A DNA stretch of 64,000 nt. Origin: Octopus sinensis. Lineage: Eukaryota. The stretch spans positions 91,140,001 through 91,204,000 of the forward strand of contig NC_043002.1 of assembly GCF_006345805.1 (NCBI RefSeq). Reading direction: 5' to 3'. Under the pieces are notes generated by a model, which saw only the letters and a program-made list of their open reading frames with translations, ran no database searches and was not told the origin of the DNA. This document shows, one piece after another, positions 36,495 to 49,864 of this stretch (positions are counted from its first letter, which is position 1; each line of letters opens with the position of its first letter). Position numbers and translations under genes: made by a program.

Positions 36495-36632
36495 CTGTAA
36501 CTAACCGGTTCGGCATAAAGAATCCGATAGGATAAGTAATAGGCTTACAAAGAATAAGTCCTGGAATCGATTCCTTCGACTAAAGGCGGTGCTCCAGCAT
36601 GGCCGCAGTCAAATGACTGAAACAAATAAAAT
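36495..36632 (+). mobile_element. SINE family B 3' fragment
   Basis: ggcttacaaagaataagtcc...gcggtgctccagcatggccgcagtc. Confidence 0.8.
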
Positions 36633-36649
36633 TTTGGTTCCAAGGCCAA

Positions 36650-36755
36650 GCATTTTTAGTGGTGTAAAGGTTTGATCGACATTGTCGATCCGTCGACTTG
36701 ACTGGTACTTATTTTTATCAACTCCGAAAAGATGAAAGACAAGTCAAAAGTCGGT
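36650..36755 (-). mobile_element. SINE family A 3' fragment
   Basis: ctggtacttatttttatcaactccgaaaagatgaaagacaagtc. Confidence 0.6.
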
Positions 36756-36756
36756 G

Positions 36757-36862
36757 GAGGAGGAGGAGGAGGAGGAGGCGGAAGAAGAAGAAGAAGAAGA
36801 AGAAGAAAAAAAAAGAAGAGGAAGAAGAGGAAGAAGAAGAAGAAGAGGAAGAAAAAGAAGAA
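36757..36862 (+). repeat. (GGA)n(GAA)n tract
   Basis: Direct reading. Confidence 0.95.
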
Positions 36863-37871
36863 GCATGATTTCTAAAATAAAAAGTGGTCATGCGTTTTGA
36901 GAGAATCAGTATTGGTGCATAACTCGAACTTATTTTATGAAACTTGAAAGAAAAAATGGAAATCAGGAATAGCCTGTGTGTGATACGAACTAAAATCACT
37001 GAAGGACAAAATATCCTAATGCAATTACTTTTAAATTTGTTTCAAGCTGAATCCTAAAACTCATGCCTTTTATCAAAATAATTTCTAATGCAAGGTTTCC
37101 CATTTCCATCTTAGTAAAACATTTGAAAAAATAAATAGCAATATTTAAGAAATTATTTTCTATGTTTAATCTACAAGACGCCTCAAGAAAATATTGTTAC
37201 ATAAGAATTTATGAAGTAAGATCGTTCATATCTCATATTTACATCTCGAAAAAATTTTAAGAAATATATAGAAAACTTTACCTTCAAATTTCCAGTCTTC
37301 AACAGCGAATTTATTTACATAAAAATTTCACCAAATATTATTGCCAGTATATCGTGGAGGTTACTAACGAGAATCTTAATAGCCAAGTTTGACAGCATCA
37401 ATTTATAACCATATATAATAAGTAAAATAGAAGAAATAAAGGACATTTTATGATGAGATAGGCCTTGTCTCCGTAATGCACAAGGAGAACGGTCGATTAA
37501 ATTCAATGGTCGATCACACTCTATTGACGATGAAAAGTGCCACTGGTTTTATTTGTAAGTGAATTTTCCACATTCTGCGCTTGTTTTGCTCATATACAAT
37601 TAACATTTCCAAGTTGTCACCCTTCTATCTTGACTAGACTGAATTAGCTTTAGTTAGTAAATCTATAACTCTCCACTCCCCTAGACAATTTTCCCCCCAT
37701 CATGATTATAATACATACAAACAGTTTCATGATAAGCTGAAACTTCCTTTTTAGTTGGGGAAGAAAACGAAGAAAGACGAAACAGAAACCAGGCATCAAT
37801 GATTCTCATCTCAAGTCACTTTATATGCTTAGAAAAATAATAGCACGATTTTTGTTAGCTGGCAAAGAACA

Positions 37872-37913
37872 ACCACGGACATGTTTCGGGCTACTTGACC
37901 TCATCAGCATAGT
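37872..37913 (-). ncRNA. Minimal type I hammerhead ribozyme motif with intact core
   Basis: Minus strand: actatg-CTGATGA-ggtcaagtagccc-GAAA-catGTC-cgtggt; palindromic stem III ACATGT. Confidence 0.65.
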
Positions 37914-38289
37914 ACAATCTGCTCACATCTGCAGATCAATGGAGAAAGTTTAACTTAGAAAGAAGATACGCATATTTTTGGTGAGAATAATTTGCATAAT
38001 TGAAAATAGAGCCAAGGGAAATTACTTTAAAGGCATCTCGAAGTTGTATAATTAAGGTAAATGCTAATTAACTATCTGCTGTATGTAAAAATGATTAGTT
38101 AACTATCCCTGATAGTAGCGATATTTTAATTAATTAAGAATATTTTGCCAACAGCATCCAGTTTTGAGGTTTGATTTTCTGGTTAATTGATAAATTTCAA
38201 TCTTAAGAGACAGAATATTAATATATCGGTGATAATTTATAATGGATCCACATTTCATGTAAATAGCGAAAATAATAAGTTTCAATCTA

Positions 38290-38588
<299 letters not shown>

Positions 38589-38899
38589 TAAAGACTTTCT
38601 TTGTTGACATTATTGATAATTTAGGAAAATTATATGAACCTGACGCAATCCTGGGCTTTCTATTATATGAATAATATGACTTTGTAAATAAGTATGAAAC
38701 CAATATGTAATAACATTTTTTGAAATGAATATTAGAAAATATTAATAGATAAATAAAGGTCTTCACACGCCAATATGAAGGAACAGAAAAAGTAAAATAA
38801 AGGTCAATGTTCGCAGTTTTAAGGCCTAACAGGAAAAAGGATATATTTTCATATTTTGAAGGGTCATTTATATCAAACAATTACGAATCAAGTCTGTTA

Positions 38900-39596
38900 A
38901 GTTCCACAAACCATTGGGTCATGAGGCATCAGTTATAACACTGCAACAAAGTTTTGATTTTTTGTCTTTGATCAGTAAGTATTATTTCCTATTTGCTTCA
39001 AGCTAGAAATCGAAGGAAATGACTACTATTCCCTTCAAACTTTGCTTTTGTGACCTGCTCATCAATGTTTTCAAACTGACCTATTTTCCAAAATATTTCA
39101 GACAGATTCAGCGCTGAGTTACTGATGCAGAAATATCTTTATGGCAACTATTCTGCTCAATGCCACAGATTTGCTTGTCAGTTGTTTGACCTTAATCAGT
39201 TGAGCATGTCCCTTGGTGCCTGATAACATGTGCATTTCTGATCATGAGCAGAAGTAGTGGGGGAGCATCATAGCCATGTGTTGAAGGGAATTCTTAGAGT
39301 TTTGGATAATTCACCTTTGGAAACAAGGGTGGTTCGTTCAACATCCTTAAACAACCCTTATTCAGGGACCTTTTGAGCGGGATGGGCTACTCGACCAGAA
39401 GAAAATTCTAACTGGGCCCCACCAACTAGGTCATGCGCTGTTTATCTTGATATGAGATTGGCACCATGTCACGCACATATGGTTGTGATGCATGTGCCTG
39501 GTGTACCCTTATCAGACGGGTAGTCATGATGGGTATACTGAGCTTCGTATATTTTACCCCAGTGTCACTTTGATGGCACGCACTGCTCTCTCACTC

Positions 39597-39597
<1 letters not shown>
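38900..39597 (+). mobile_element. TAA-tailed retroelement 3' region or non-autonomous element (family E)
   Basis: Ends gcactgctctctcactc followed by (AAT)n, same end as at 3287; internal piece repeated at 39673-39790; left boundary approximate. Confidence 0.6.

Positions 39598-39672
<75 letters not shown>
39598..39672 (+). repeat. (AAT)n tail
   Basis: Direct reading. Confidence 0.95.
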
Positions 39673-39673
<1 letters not shown>

Positions 39674-40304
39674 CTTGAACATGTCCCTTAGTGGTTGACA
39701 ATATGTGCATTCCTGATCAGGAGCAGGGGTAACAGGGGAGCATCATAGCCATGTGTTGAGAAGGATTCTTGGGGGTTTGAATGAATGTAACAAAATCAAA
39801 GTTTGGAGGAAATATTAGCCATTTTCCATACTTTCTAGGAGTAAGCAAATAGGAATTAACAGTTGCTACCCAGGGACAAAAATCGTGTTACACAGCATAA
39901 CTCATTTTAGTGTTATATAGCTTGGGCTAGAGTCAGACAGAGACCCTCCATCTCCAGATTTCAAGGAATATTTGAACAAAACACTGTATGTTTCACAGGT
40001 ATACCACACCATTATGCTTATTTTATAGTCAGGTAAACTGCATGGTTGATAGTGAATTTGTGGCTGATTCGTTAATTAAATAAAAAAGAATAGAAAAAAT
40101 ATGATAGAAAGAAAAGTATAAACAATTTTTTTTTCTGCGCCATCTGTGTTTAATGTGATTGGTTGCGCAGGTTGCGAGAGAAACGGAAGTAGAAATGTTG
40201 TTTGCACTATCAACCTCTGGGAACATCAAATACACAAATGTACAACTAGAAATAGCGAAAAATTTTCAAGCAGTCTCTCTTCTTCCTTTGTTTGCTTGTT
40301 TGTT

Positions 40305-40328
40305 TGTTTCATTCTTTCTTTCTTTCCT

Positions 40329-40372
<44 letters not shown>

Positions 40373-40380
40373 TCCTTCAT

Positions 40381-40428
<48 letters not shown>

Positions 40429-40430
40429 TC
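40305..40430 (+). repeat. (TTTC)n tract
   Basis: Direct reading. Confidence 0.95.
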
Positions 40431-41396
40431 ACTCTATCTCCATCTCACATACTCTCTATTCCATCCCCTCACTCTCTCACGTTAAACCAGTTTCTCAGTT
40501 TCTCTTTTTCCACTATTGCATTAATTTGGCCACTAAACTCCAGGCAATTCACGCAGTTTTTCCTTTTCTTTTCATTTTTGGTTGCGTGTTGATAAAATTG
40601 ATTGATTGAAGTTCTGCCTCGATTCAAACCCTGAGGCCGCAATCTAAACTTGGCTTCTTTAAGGATACCACTTCTAACTCTTGCTCTCTCTCGTTTTCTC
40701 TATCTCTTTTCTGTCCCCTCTTTTCCTCTCTCTATTATCCATCTCTCTTTCCTCTCTATTTACATGTCTCCCCTCTATTTCTTACTTCTCTACTCTCTGA
40801 TCAAATATTATTTCTTAGTTCCCATCTCTCTCTTTCTCTTTCCATTTACTTTTTTCTACGTTGTCCTTTTGATAGTCTTGCGAACCTTCAATCTACTCTT
40901 ACCAAGAAAGGAAAGGTGTTGCTTCTATAATAGTAATGAAGGCATCTTTTCTTTGCAACTTGATTCCTGAGAAGTGTATCTTCATTGGCAATAACGCACA
41001 AAACAAAACCGCCGCATTTCATTAATGGTCGAGAATTCAATCATGCATGAACAGAAAGCTTTAAAAAAAGCACACTCTACAATGGGATCATATCAAACTT
41101 ATGTCTTTTAGTTGCACAAGGACACAATTACATTCACATATCTAGGACATATGTACTTATGCACTCCACCTTTTCTTAATCATTGAAAATCCATAAAATC
41201 ATTCAAATGTTAAACCTCACAAATCATTGCCCTTCCTAGCAGTCTCACAATTATAAAACACTGCACATACGCAGCCTCCAAAGACTAACATTCCTGTCAA
41301 AAGCTAGAAACTATTTTAGCCACAATCCAGTGAGGTAGTTGGAGAAAGGGGGGTCCGACATGGGCAACGCTTTCATGAGGGTGTAACTTTTCGGTT

Positions 41397-41640
41397 GTGG
41401 AGGCGCGTGGCTTAGTGGTTGGGTTGTAGACTCGTGATCGTAATATTGGTGTCTATTCCTGGACCGGGCGACGCGTTGTGCTCTTGATCAAAACATTTCA
41501 TTTCATGTTGCTCCAGTCCACTCAGCTGACAAAAATGAATAATCCTGCGACGGGCCGGTGTCCCGTCCAGGTGCGGAATATATACATCTTGAAACGGGAA
41601 ACCGATTTTTATGAGTCAGCATGACTCAAGAAGGTAACTT
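41397..41640 (+). mobile_element. SINE family D (full length, diverged)
   Basis: gtggaggcgcgtggcttagtgg A-box; body matches 1920-2135. Confidence 0.78.
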
Positions 41641-43587
41641 TACTTTTTTTAACTTTTGGGTCTACTGCATGAAGTTATATGTGTGAGAAGCGGCAATATC
41701 AAAGCTCAACCCCGAGCAGCACGCTTTTAGTTATGTCACTGCCTCCATTAACTAAATTTCTATAAAAATCTAGTGAGACAGTACTGCTCATGCATCTGTT
41801 GTTGCTGTTATACATAAATATTCGCGACTGCATACCGCCAAATAGCACAGATAGATTGATTAGAATGAAGTCATTCACCAACAGACTTCAGCCTCTGATC
41901 CACAGGAATACCGTCTTATTTTTGCCTTTTCTACTTCTATTATAGACATCTCTGCTTCTCGGGCCTAGCTAGTATTGCGACATCTCTACTGTGGGTCTCT
42001 TGAATCACTCATATCTTCATTTTTCCTCACTCAGGCCCTGCACTGACACCTAACTCCAGTTCTTCCTCTGTGGAATGTCATCCCACTGGAAAACCTTCCC
42101 TGCCTATGTTTTTTTTTTTTTTGTGGACTTTCAGTTGTTCAAGAAATCAACTTCTCCAGGGTAAACCATTACAATTTGGCTCTTCTCGAAGATAAATACA
42201 TTGTATTATGCTTTCTACTTTGTTGTCAAATAAACACAAACAAAAATTCTGAAATCCCCCTTTCTGCTTGTACTAATACTATGTACACTGTCGACAAAAG
42301 CTATCACGAGAGTCCTTGTATGGTCACACGAAATAGCAGCCGAATTTCCATCTAATAACACTCATCATCTTAAAAAACGAAGTGTACATGGAAAAATTGA
42401 TTCAGAAGTATTATGTCTGAGAAGAAAAAGGGGATGATCGCATGTTGTCTGTTCGATTTGAGTTGACCTGAAGCGGAACAAGAACGAAATCATTTCAACC
42501 AAAGAGATGAGCAAACCAGCCAGCATGTCTTCAAAAATGCAACCATACAGAGATGACCAATCTAGAAAGTAGCTCGTTAACATCTCTCTAACAACGCACT
42601 CCAAAGCAAGCTTATACCCTCACCAATTCTGCAATCCCTCTTCCTCCCCTTATCCATCTCTCTATAGAAATCTATCTAAACCTAAAGGAACATTAAATGT
42701 AACTTACTTTTTCTTATCATGTCAGTTATTGCCCTTTCACTCAAACTTCCAGCTTCTCAAAATTGAAGGAATTAGCTGTAACGAACCTCCTCCTTCAACC
42801 TAAATCCTCATTCTCGGTCATCACAGAGCTAGAATTTTATGAAATCCAATCTCGTAGAGACTTCCCCTCCTCCAGCAAACGTCAGTGGTTTCTTGTTCGT
42901 TATCAGCACACCCAAATCAATACCGTTGCTTTAAAGGCAGGTAAAACTTCCAATAGAGTATGACAGAAAAACATTGTAGCTAATCCAGCTCCTAATAGAC
43001 TTAATCGCTTTATTATCTTTTGAGTCATAAATTTCCAGTCAGAATTGTACTGATTCACATTTTATCAATTCAGCAAAACTCCAAGGTCAGTCATGCACTT
43101 AAGAACGTACTTACTGTTAATGATTTCTTAAGTACCGATAGATTATGAAGAGTGGCTTATGAAGAGAAAATATTTCAACTATGATCAGCTGCGGATCTTA
43201 AAGCTGGAACAAGGCCCATATTGAAATACTTACTGCTCACGTATATCTAATGGTATTGCATCTACTCACAAACATACACAAGATCACATCATCCAAATGA
43301 AATACATTTAGCTCGTTGACGAATACACAGTTACGAACACGCTTCAACTAATATCAAACAGGTTAGGGTTGGGGTTAGGGTCCTCTTGTCTACCGCCAGA
43401 CAAGAAGACAACGGTCTTTCTTCCTGTGAACTAATATTCTTCGCAGTAAACCTATGGTTTACTTATGTACCTACTTGTACAACTTCTTTAATTATCCTTC
43501 CACTACCGGACCTTTTCTCCAATCTCTACATCATAGAGCTGCAACCCTTTCAAACTTTCGGAGGAACTACTAATGCCTCGCTTGCTA

Positions 43588-43995
43588 CACCACCACCACC
43601 ACCACCACCACCACAATCACCTCTTCTTCCTTTTCTCCTTCCTCTTCTCATCCTCTTCTTATCCTCTGCCTTCCCTTCCTCTTTCTCCCCGTCCACTTTC
43701 TCCCATCCTCTCTCCCTCCTCCTCTTCCTCCCCTTCCCTTCCTATTCTTTCTCTTCTCCTTCTTCCCTTCGTCTTCTGCTTCCTCCCCTTGTCTTCTGCT
43801 TCTTCCCCTTCCTCTTCCTTCCCATCTTTTCCATCCCGTCTCTCCCTTTCTTCCCTCCTCTACCTCCTCCTTCTACTCCCTTCTCCCTTCTTCTGTTCTT
43901 CATCTTCCTTCTATTCCTCCCCTTCCTGTCTCCTCTTCTGTCTCCTCTTGCTCCTGTTCCTTCTCTTCTTTTTATTCGTCCTCCTCCTGCCACTA
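43588..43995 (+). repeat. (CAC)n followed by a 370-bp polypyrimidine tract
   Basis: Direct reading. Confidence 0.9.
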
Positions 43996-44970
43996 ATTAA
44001 TATTGATATAAAACAGCACCAATATTTAAACAAAATTTTATCGATCAACACAAACTTCAATAAATTCTGTGTGAAATTCAATTAAGAGAAATTAATACAA
44101 ACAATAGAGAAATATTTGAAATAAAATGATAGTCTTATTGTTTGCTCGCTTGTATGACTAAAGTTGAACTTTACACTTCAATAAGCTCCAAAATATTGAC
44201 TTTTTTTGTTTCAGTAGGTGTGATATAGATGACATGAAGAACATACTATACTATACTAGTATACTATTCCATTCGTTAAACCATTTCATGTATGCATTAC
44301 TCTTTAGTCTTCATTTTCGTACATGAAGTTAATAATGGTCTAAGTTTTTTTATGGTTTGAAACGGCATCTGGCCTATATAATCCATTTTTTAATCGAATA
44401 TTTAAGAGGAAGGGCAGTGCCTGTGAGTATGACCTATGGAAGGAAGAGCTGACCCAGATGCTTGCAACAGAGTGCACTATCCTAAAGGTACTTAGGACCT
44501 TTACAATTGTACAGGCTTTTAATACATAAAATCTATTTAATCATTTAAAAAATCTATTTCTATACACAAAATAATGTAAATACGTATAATAATTAAAACT
44601 TCTTATTTTTCTATTATTCACACACGGTTTTATGCATTTGATAAACAAAGTAGCATTTATTCTACATATCCAGAGATAATTCTAGTTCAATTACAGGCTC
44701 AGAGCCCAGTATTTAATTGGTGGTATTAAACAGGTTGAAGGTTTAAGTCAACTACTCAAGTGGGTCTCCGCAGGATTAGAGCTCAGAATGCAAAGAGCCA
44801 GAAGAAGGTTTTCTATTCGATGCTGTAACGATTCCGCCATTCCACCGCCCTGTGCTGCAACTTAACTTCGGAATGTTGAAAAGCAGAATTGATCTACAGT
44901 AAGACATTTCGTCCGATGGTAGAGTGCTGGCTACACAGAAGAACTTCTGCACAATATTTTAATAAAGAAA

Positions 44971-45148
44971 CGGTGAGATGGCACAATCGTTACCGGATTT
45001 CTGCCGTTCAAATGTTGCCGAGGTCGATTTTGCTTTTCATCCTTTCGGAAATCGATTAAATAAGTATCAATCGAGAAATGGAGTCCATGTCCATGTAATC
45101 GACTTCTTCTCCCCTCAGAATTACTGGCCCAGTACCAAAATTAGAAAG
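44971..45148 (+). mobile_element. SINE family A (diverged, internal deletion)
   Basis: gaggtcgattttgcttttcatcctttcgg core. Confidence 0.7.
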
Positions 45149-45559
45149 AAATTCTCAACGGAAGGTTTGGACGCTGTACTGTAAAACCCCAATTAAAATG
45201 ATTTTACTTGGATTAGATTAAGAGTTTTTTTTTTCAAACGCTATCAATACAAGGAGAATAGACGAAAAAGTAATTGATTTCCTAATTAGTTCAATTCCAA
45301 TAAGTTCATGCCGATAACATCATTTAATTACTTGATTAATTAGAAGGATGGAGAGGTAATATTTTGCAGCCACTAATTTGAATGATACATTTCCATCTTT
45401 CTTTTTTTTCTTCTTGCAAAATTCAACCATTTAACAAAGTTATGATACGACTCCAATATGAGATTAAACAAAAGCAAATGTAAGGACTCTGTCCACTTTA
45501 TTTACGATCAGAAACAAATCTTTATTTCTGTAGATATTTAGATATTTTCTAAGGACACA

Positions 45560-45715
45560 GGTGCAGGCGTGGCTGAGCGGTAAGAAGTTGGAACCACATG
45601 CTTCCGGGTTCATTCCCACTGCGTGGCACCTTGGGTATTATCTCGAGCCGACCAAAGTCTTGGTAGTGGACCTGGTAGACGGAAACTGAAATAAGCCTGC
45701 CGTGTATAAATAAAT
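45560..45715 (+). mobile_element. SINE family B 5' half
   Basis: ggtgcaggcgtggctgagcgg..gggttcattccc..gacggaaactgaaa. Confidence 0.8.
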
Positions 45716-45724
45716 AAATAGATA

Positions 45725-45793
<69 letters not shown>

Positions 45794-46094
45794 AAGGAAA
45801 AGAATGATTTCACTGGTAGTTCATGTAGTAGTGGTGACAGTCAAAAATTGTGAAGCATGACTGTCACTACTACTACATGAACCTGAAGATTGCAGAATTT
45901 AATGCATGAAAGTACTAGTTCAATCAGAATGAACATTTAATATTCTATTATTTTATTTTATTATATTATATTATATTATATTATATCATTATAAGATTGT
46001 AAATAATATCTGAAAACCAGACAAGGTTGGAATTCCTTTTATTAATATATTCTTCTATACACAATCACACACACCCGTATCTATCTATCTATCA

Positions 46095-46162
<68 letters not shown>

Positions 46163-46219
46163 CTCTCTCTATATATATATATGTATGTATATGTATATGT
46201 ATATATATATATGCATATG

Positions 46220-46293
<74 letters not shown>

Positions 46294-46435
46294 ATATATA
46301 CTCAATTTTTCCCAAATTATATATATATATATGTAAATAATAGTAATAGTTTTTTAATAAGCCTAAAGCTTATACCGATCACCGGGCAAATGACTAACGA
46401 AAATAGTCAAGTAATGGGGAATATAATCCCTCGAC

Positions 46436-46672
46436 GCGTGTGTGTCTTTGTGTCTGCGTTAGTGTCCCCACCCCCATCACTACCTGATAGCCGGTTTTGG
46501 TGTATTTACGTCCCCGTAACTTAACTGTTCGGCAAAAGAAACCGATAGAAGAAGTACTTGGCTTCAAAAAATAAGTCCAGAAGTCGACTTATTCGATTGA
46601 AAAAACAGGTGGTGCTCCAGCATGGCCGCAGTGAAATGACTGAAACAAGTAAAGGAATAACAGAATAAAAGA
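46436..46672 (+). mobile_element. SINE family B 3' half
   Basis: ggtgtatttacgtccccgtaac...gactgaaacaagtaaa. Confidence 0.8.
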
Positions 46673-46768
46673 CTGAATGAAATTCTATAATCGTATATGA
46701 AAGGATTCGGAGTTATGATGTACTCAGTTAGTCAGGGTTATAATGTTCTGAGATTGCTGACTAGGCTG

Positions 46769-46809
46769 TTTCACTGATAAGGTTTGATAACACCGAAACA
46801 TGTCTGAAG
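46769..46809 (+). ncRNA. Minimal hammerhead-like motif with G8A change
   Basis: tttca-CTGATaA-ggt(ttgataac)acc-GAAA-catGTC-tgaag. Confidence 0.55.
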
Positions 46810-46859
46810 TTCTCCCCTTACTGCCAAAAAACAAACTCATACCCTATCACATTCCATTC

Positions 46860-47300
46860 ATCCGCCTGTACGACCGTCCGTCCATCCATCCGTCCATCTA
46901 TTCATCCATCTTCTCTGCCTACTATTCTTGGGAGTCGTTGGGGTAGAGGCCGTTGGCACCTCCTCCAAAGGGTCCTGTCAGAAGCAACCGTCATAAGATT
47001 TTCCGGATGGATACCTAAATGCGAACAACTGAGTCTGTGGATATTATACAACAATTTCGTTCTTTGTCTACGCTTGGTCTAGTGCCGGTTGGCTTGGCTT
47101 GAAGTATTCATCCTACGAGTCTTTCCTGTGGCATTCTTGTCACGTCCGTAACACTGGAGCTATGACCTCTCAATACGGAGAAGTAGCGTCTCGACTTATG
47201 TTCAGTTAACTATAATTTACCTTCCGGTAGCTGACTCCCCATCTATTTCTTGACTAGACCAAGACGTTAAAATAATTATGAGTTCTTCCCGCTATGAGTT
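46860..47300 (-). mobile_element. 3' end of an RTE-clade LINE
   Basis: Minus strand: LQCYG(H)VTRMPQERLVG*ILQAKPTGTRP; (GGAT)n-type tail. Confidence 0.75.
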
Positions 47301-47459
47301 AGTTTTTGTTAAAAATCCACATCAAATAATGCTTGCGTAGAAAGGAGTTTGTTTCTCAACCACTCAGTTTCAGGCATCTTGTGAAAGTGACTTCTAAAAT
47401 ATTTCCGGGCCTTCTGCGCGGGACTGGTAGACGAAAACTGAAAACAGCACGTCGTATAT

Positions 47460-47463
47460 AATG

Positions 47464-47536
<73 letters not shown>

Positions 47537-47564
47537 CAACAACAACAACAGTAATAATGATGAT

Positions 47565-47626
<62 letters not shown>

Positions 47627-47650
47627 TTATGATAATGATGATGATGATAA
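47460..47650 (+). repeat. (AAT)n/(AAC)n/(GAT)n array
   Basis: Direct reading. Confidence 0.95.
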
Positions 47651-48341
47651 ATGCCAAAACGAATTCCTGTGTGTCAGTGTGTCACACTTTGACCCCCTCT
47701 CTCACTATCCAATGATACTTCTACTGTTCCTCCTGCTGGGGTGAGAATAACAGTAGGCATAGAAACGGTGAGGGCGGTAGTAGATTGACGGTTGTGATGG
47801 TAATGAGGTGATAATAATAGTATGAGCTGTAGTTGTGATAGAGGCGGAGGCGACGGTGATGATGGTGGTGGTGGTGGTAGTGGTAGCCGAGGCGGTCAGG
47901 GATGATGGTGATAGTAAGCGATGTGAAAGACAGTGATAATGATGGTGGAGCGGAAGGCAGTGAAGTCAAAGGTGAGCGGCGTCAGAAGTCTGAATGGTGT
48001 CTGTATGGTAGTTGTGGTGGCAATGGTGGTGGTATTGGTGATGGTTGAAAACAATTAACAAAAAGAGAGAGAGAGAAAAAGAGATTAGACATAAAAAAAA
48101 AATTGTACTGAGCCCCGAATGGGAAGACAAACATGTTGTTTATCATGTGGCTTTGCAATAAAGTCCAAGTCAACAAATTATGTCATTGTTTCGATGAAAA
48201 TTGTTCATTGCTTGAAAAATATTGTTCAAGTTTAATAATATTTAATATGTATTCAATGCATGAAGTGTCACTGTTGGGCCCAAGGCCCAATGAAGAGCCC
48301 GCCACAGTAGCTAGCTTAAAAGCCGCCCGATATATATATAT

Positions 48342-48746
48342 ACTCTTTTACTCTTTTACTCTTTACTTGTTTCAGTCATTTGACTGCGGCTATGCTGGAG
48401 CACCGCCTTTAGTCGAGCAAATCGACCCCGGGACTTATTCTTTGTAAGCCCAGTACTTATTCTATCGGTCTCTTTTTTGCCGAACCGCTAAGTGACGGGG
48501 ACGTAAACACACCAGCATCGGTTGTCAAGCAATGCTAGGGGACAAACACAGACTCACAAACACACACACATATATATATACATACATATATACGACAGGC
48601 TTCTTTCAGTTTCCGTCTACCAAATCCACTCACAAGGCATTGGTCGGCCGGGGCTATAGCAGAAGACACTTGCCAAGATGCCACGCAGTGGGACTGAACC
48701 CGGAACCATCTGGTTGGTTAGCAAGCTACTTACCACACAGCCACTC

Positions 48747-48749
<3 letters not shown>
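48342..48749 (-). mobile_element. SINE family B (full length)
   Basis: Near-identical to 7565-7970. Confidence 0.9.
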
Positions 48750-48817
<68 letters not shown>

Positions 48818-48849
48818 GTGTGTGTGTGTGTGTGTGTCTGTGTGTTTGA

Positions 48850-49040
48850 GTTATGTTTCTCCACCACTACCGTTTGGTTCTTTAAGTTCACGTAGCTTAG
48901 CGGTTAGGCTTAAAGGACCGATAGAATAAGTACCAGGTTTTAAAATAGAGTACTGGAATGGATTTGGTTTGACTAAAGCGTTTCAAGCCTCACCTCCAGC
49001 ATGGCCGCATGCGAATGATTGATCAAGTTAAAGATAAAAG
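48850..49040 (+). mobile_element. SINE family B 3' half (old)
   Basis: cttagcggttagg..accgatagaataagtacc..cctccagcatggccgc. Confidence 0.6.
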
Positions 49041-49864
49041 ATGAAAGAAGAAAAGATAAAAACGGTAGTATCTACTCTACATTTATAGTAGTAGCGCGGA
49101 ACTGTCTAAGACCTGTTCCATCATTGCGTTGCATCTTCAATCATTATTTCATTCAAGCGAACATGTTACTACTTCAGAGATATACCATAATAATACAGTT
49201 TCTGGTTTTCTATTTTCTTTGTTCTGAACAAACACAATGTTTAGTGTCACTTTAAACAGACATCTGTGAGCAGATATTGAAGAAGAAAAAAAAGACTCTA
49301 GTAAATCGTAGTGTTACTTCAAACAGTCGACGAAAAAAACATTTCTGTTTTCCTTCTCTCCGTGTCTACTATAAAATTGATATGCGTGACTATCACCTGT
49401 TGCCACTTTTTATTTCTCGGCTCCCGGTTTGTTTGTTGTTTTTTTTCTTTCTTTGCTCTTGTCTCCTCACTTAAATTTCTGTAGCATCACAGGAGAAAAA
49501 AGATCATCTGCCCGCCGTTTCCATTATATTCTAAATAATTCCAATCTGCAGCAAAATACTACAGCAACATGGCAGTATTATGTCTTTTAGGTGCTTACTA
49601 TTTACTTATATTGTTATTGCTGTTGTTGTTGAGGTAGTCTTCATATCTGTCTTATTTGAATATCAACATGTATTGACAGAAAAAAATCTCCTGCAAATGT
49701 AGGCTTTTCTGAATTCTTACGTCATACACACACGCACACACACACACACTATATACATATAGGTTAATTTTAGTCAAACAAGCTGGGATCATATATCCCG
49801 AACAGCACTTCCATTCGATCGATCCTTCGGTTGACCATACACTATCAACTGCAAGTAGTGTAAT

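Noticed and set aside
41880-42110. CR1/L2-like 3' remnant (PLWNVIP)
   Set aside because: Too short and degenerate to support
42462-42500. Hammerhead-like gttga-cCTGAAGC...GAAA-tcat-t-tcaac
   Set aside because: A9 mutated, extra nucleotide before the core, and no stem II pairing
43386-44085. Pro/Ser/Leu-rich 204-aa and 170-aa ORFs
   Set aside because: Products of a (CAC)n and polypyrimidine tract
49770-49860. Small exon or hammerhead next to the Penelope 3' end
   Set aside because: No reading frame with recognisable similarity; HHR cores incomplete on both strands
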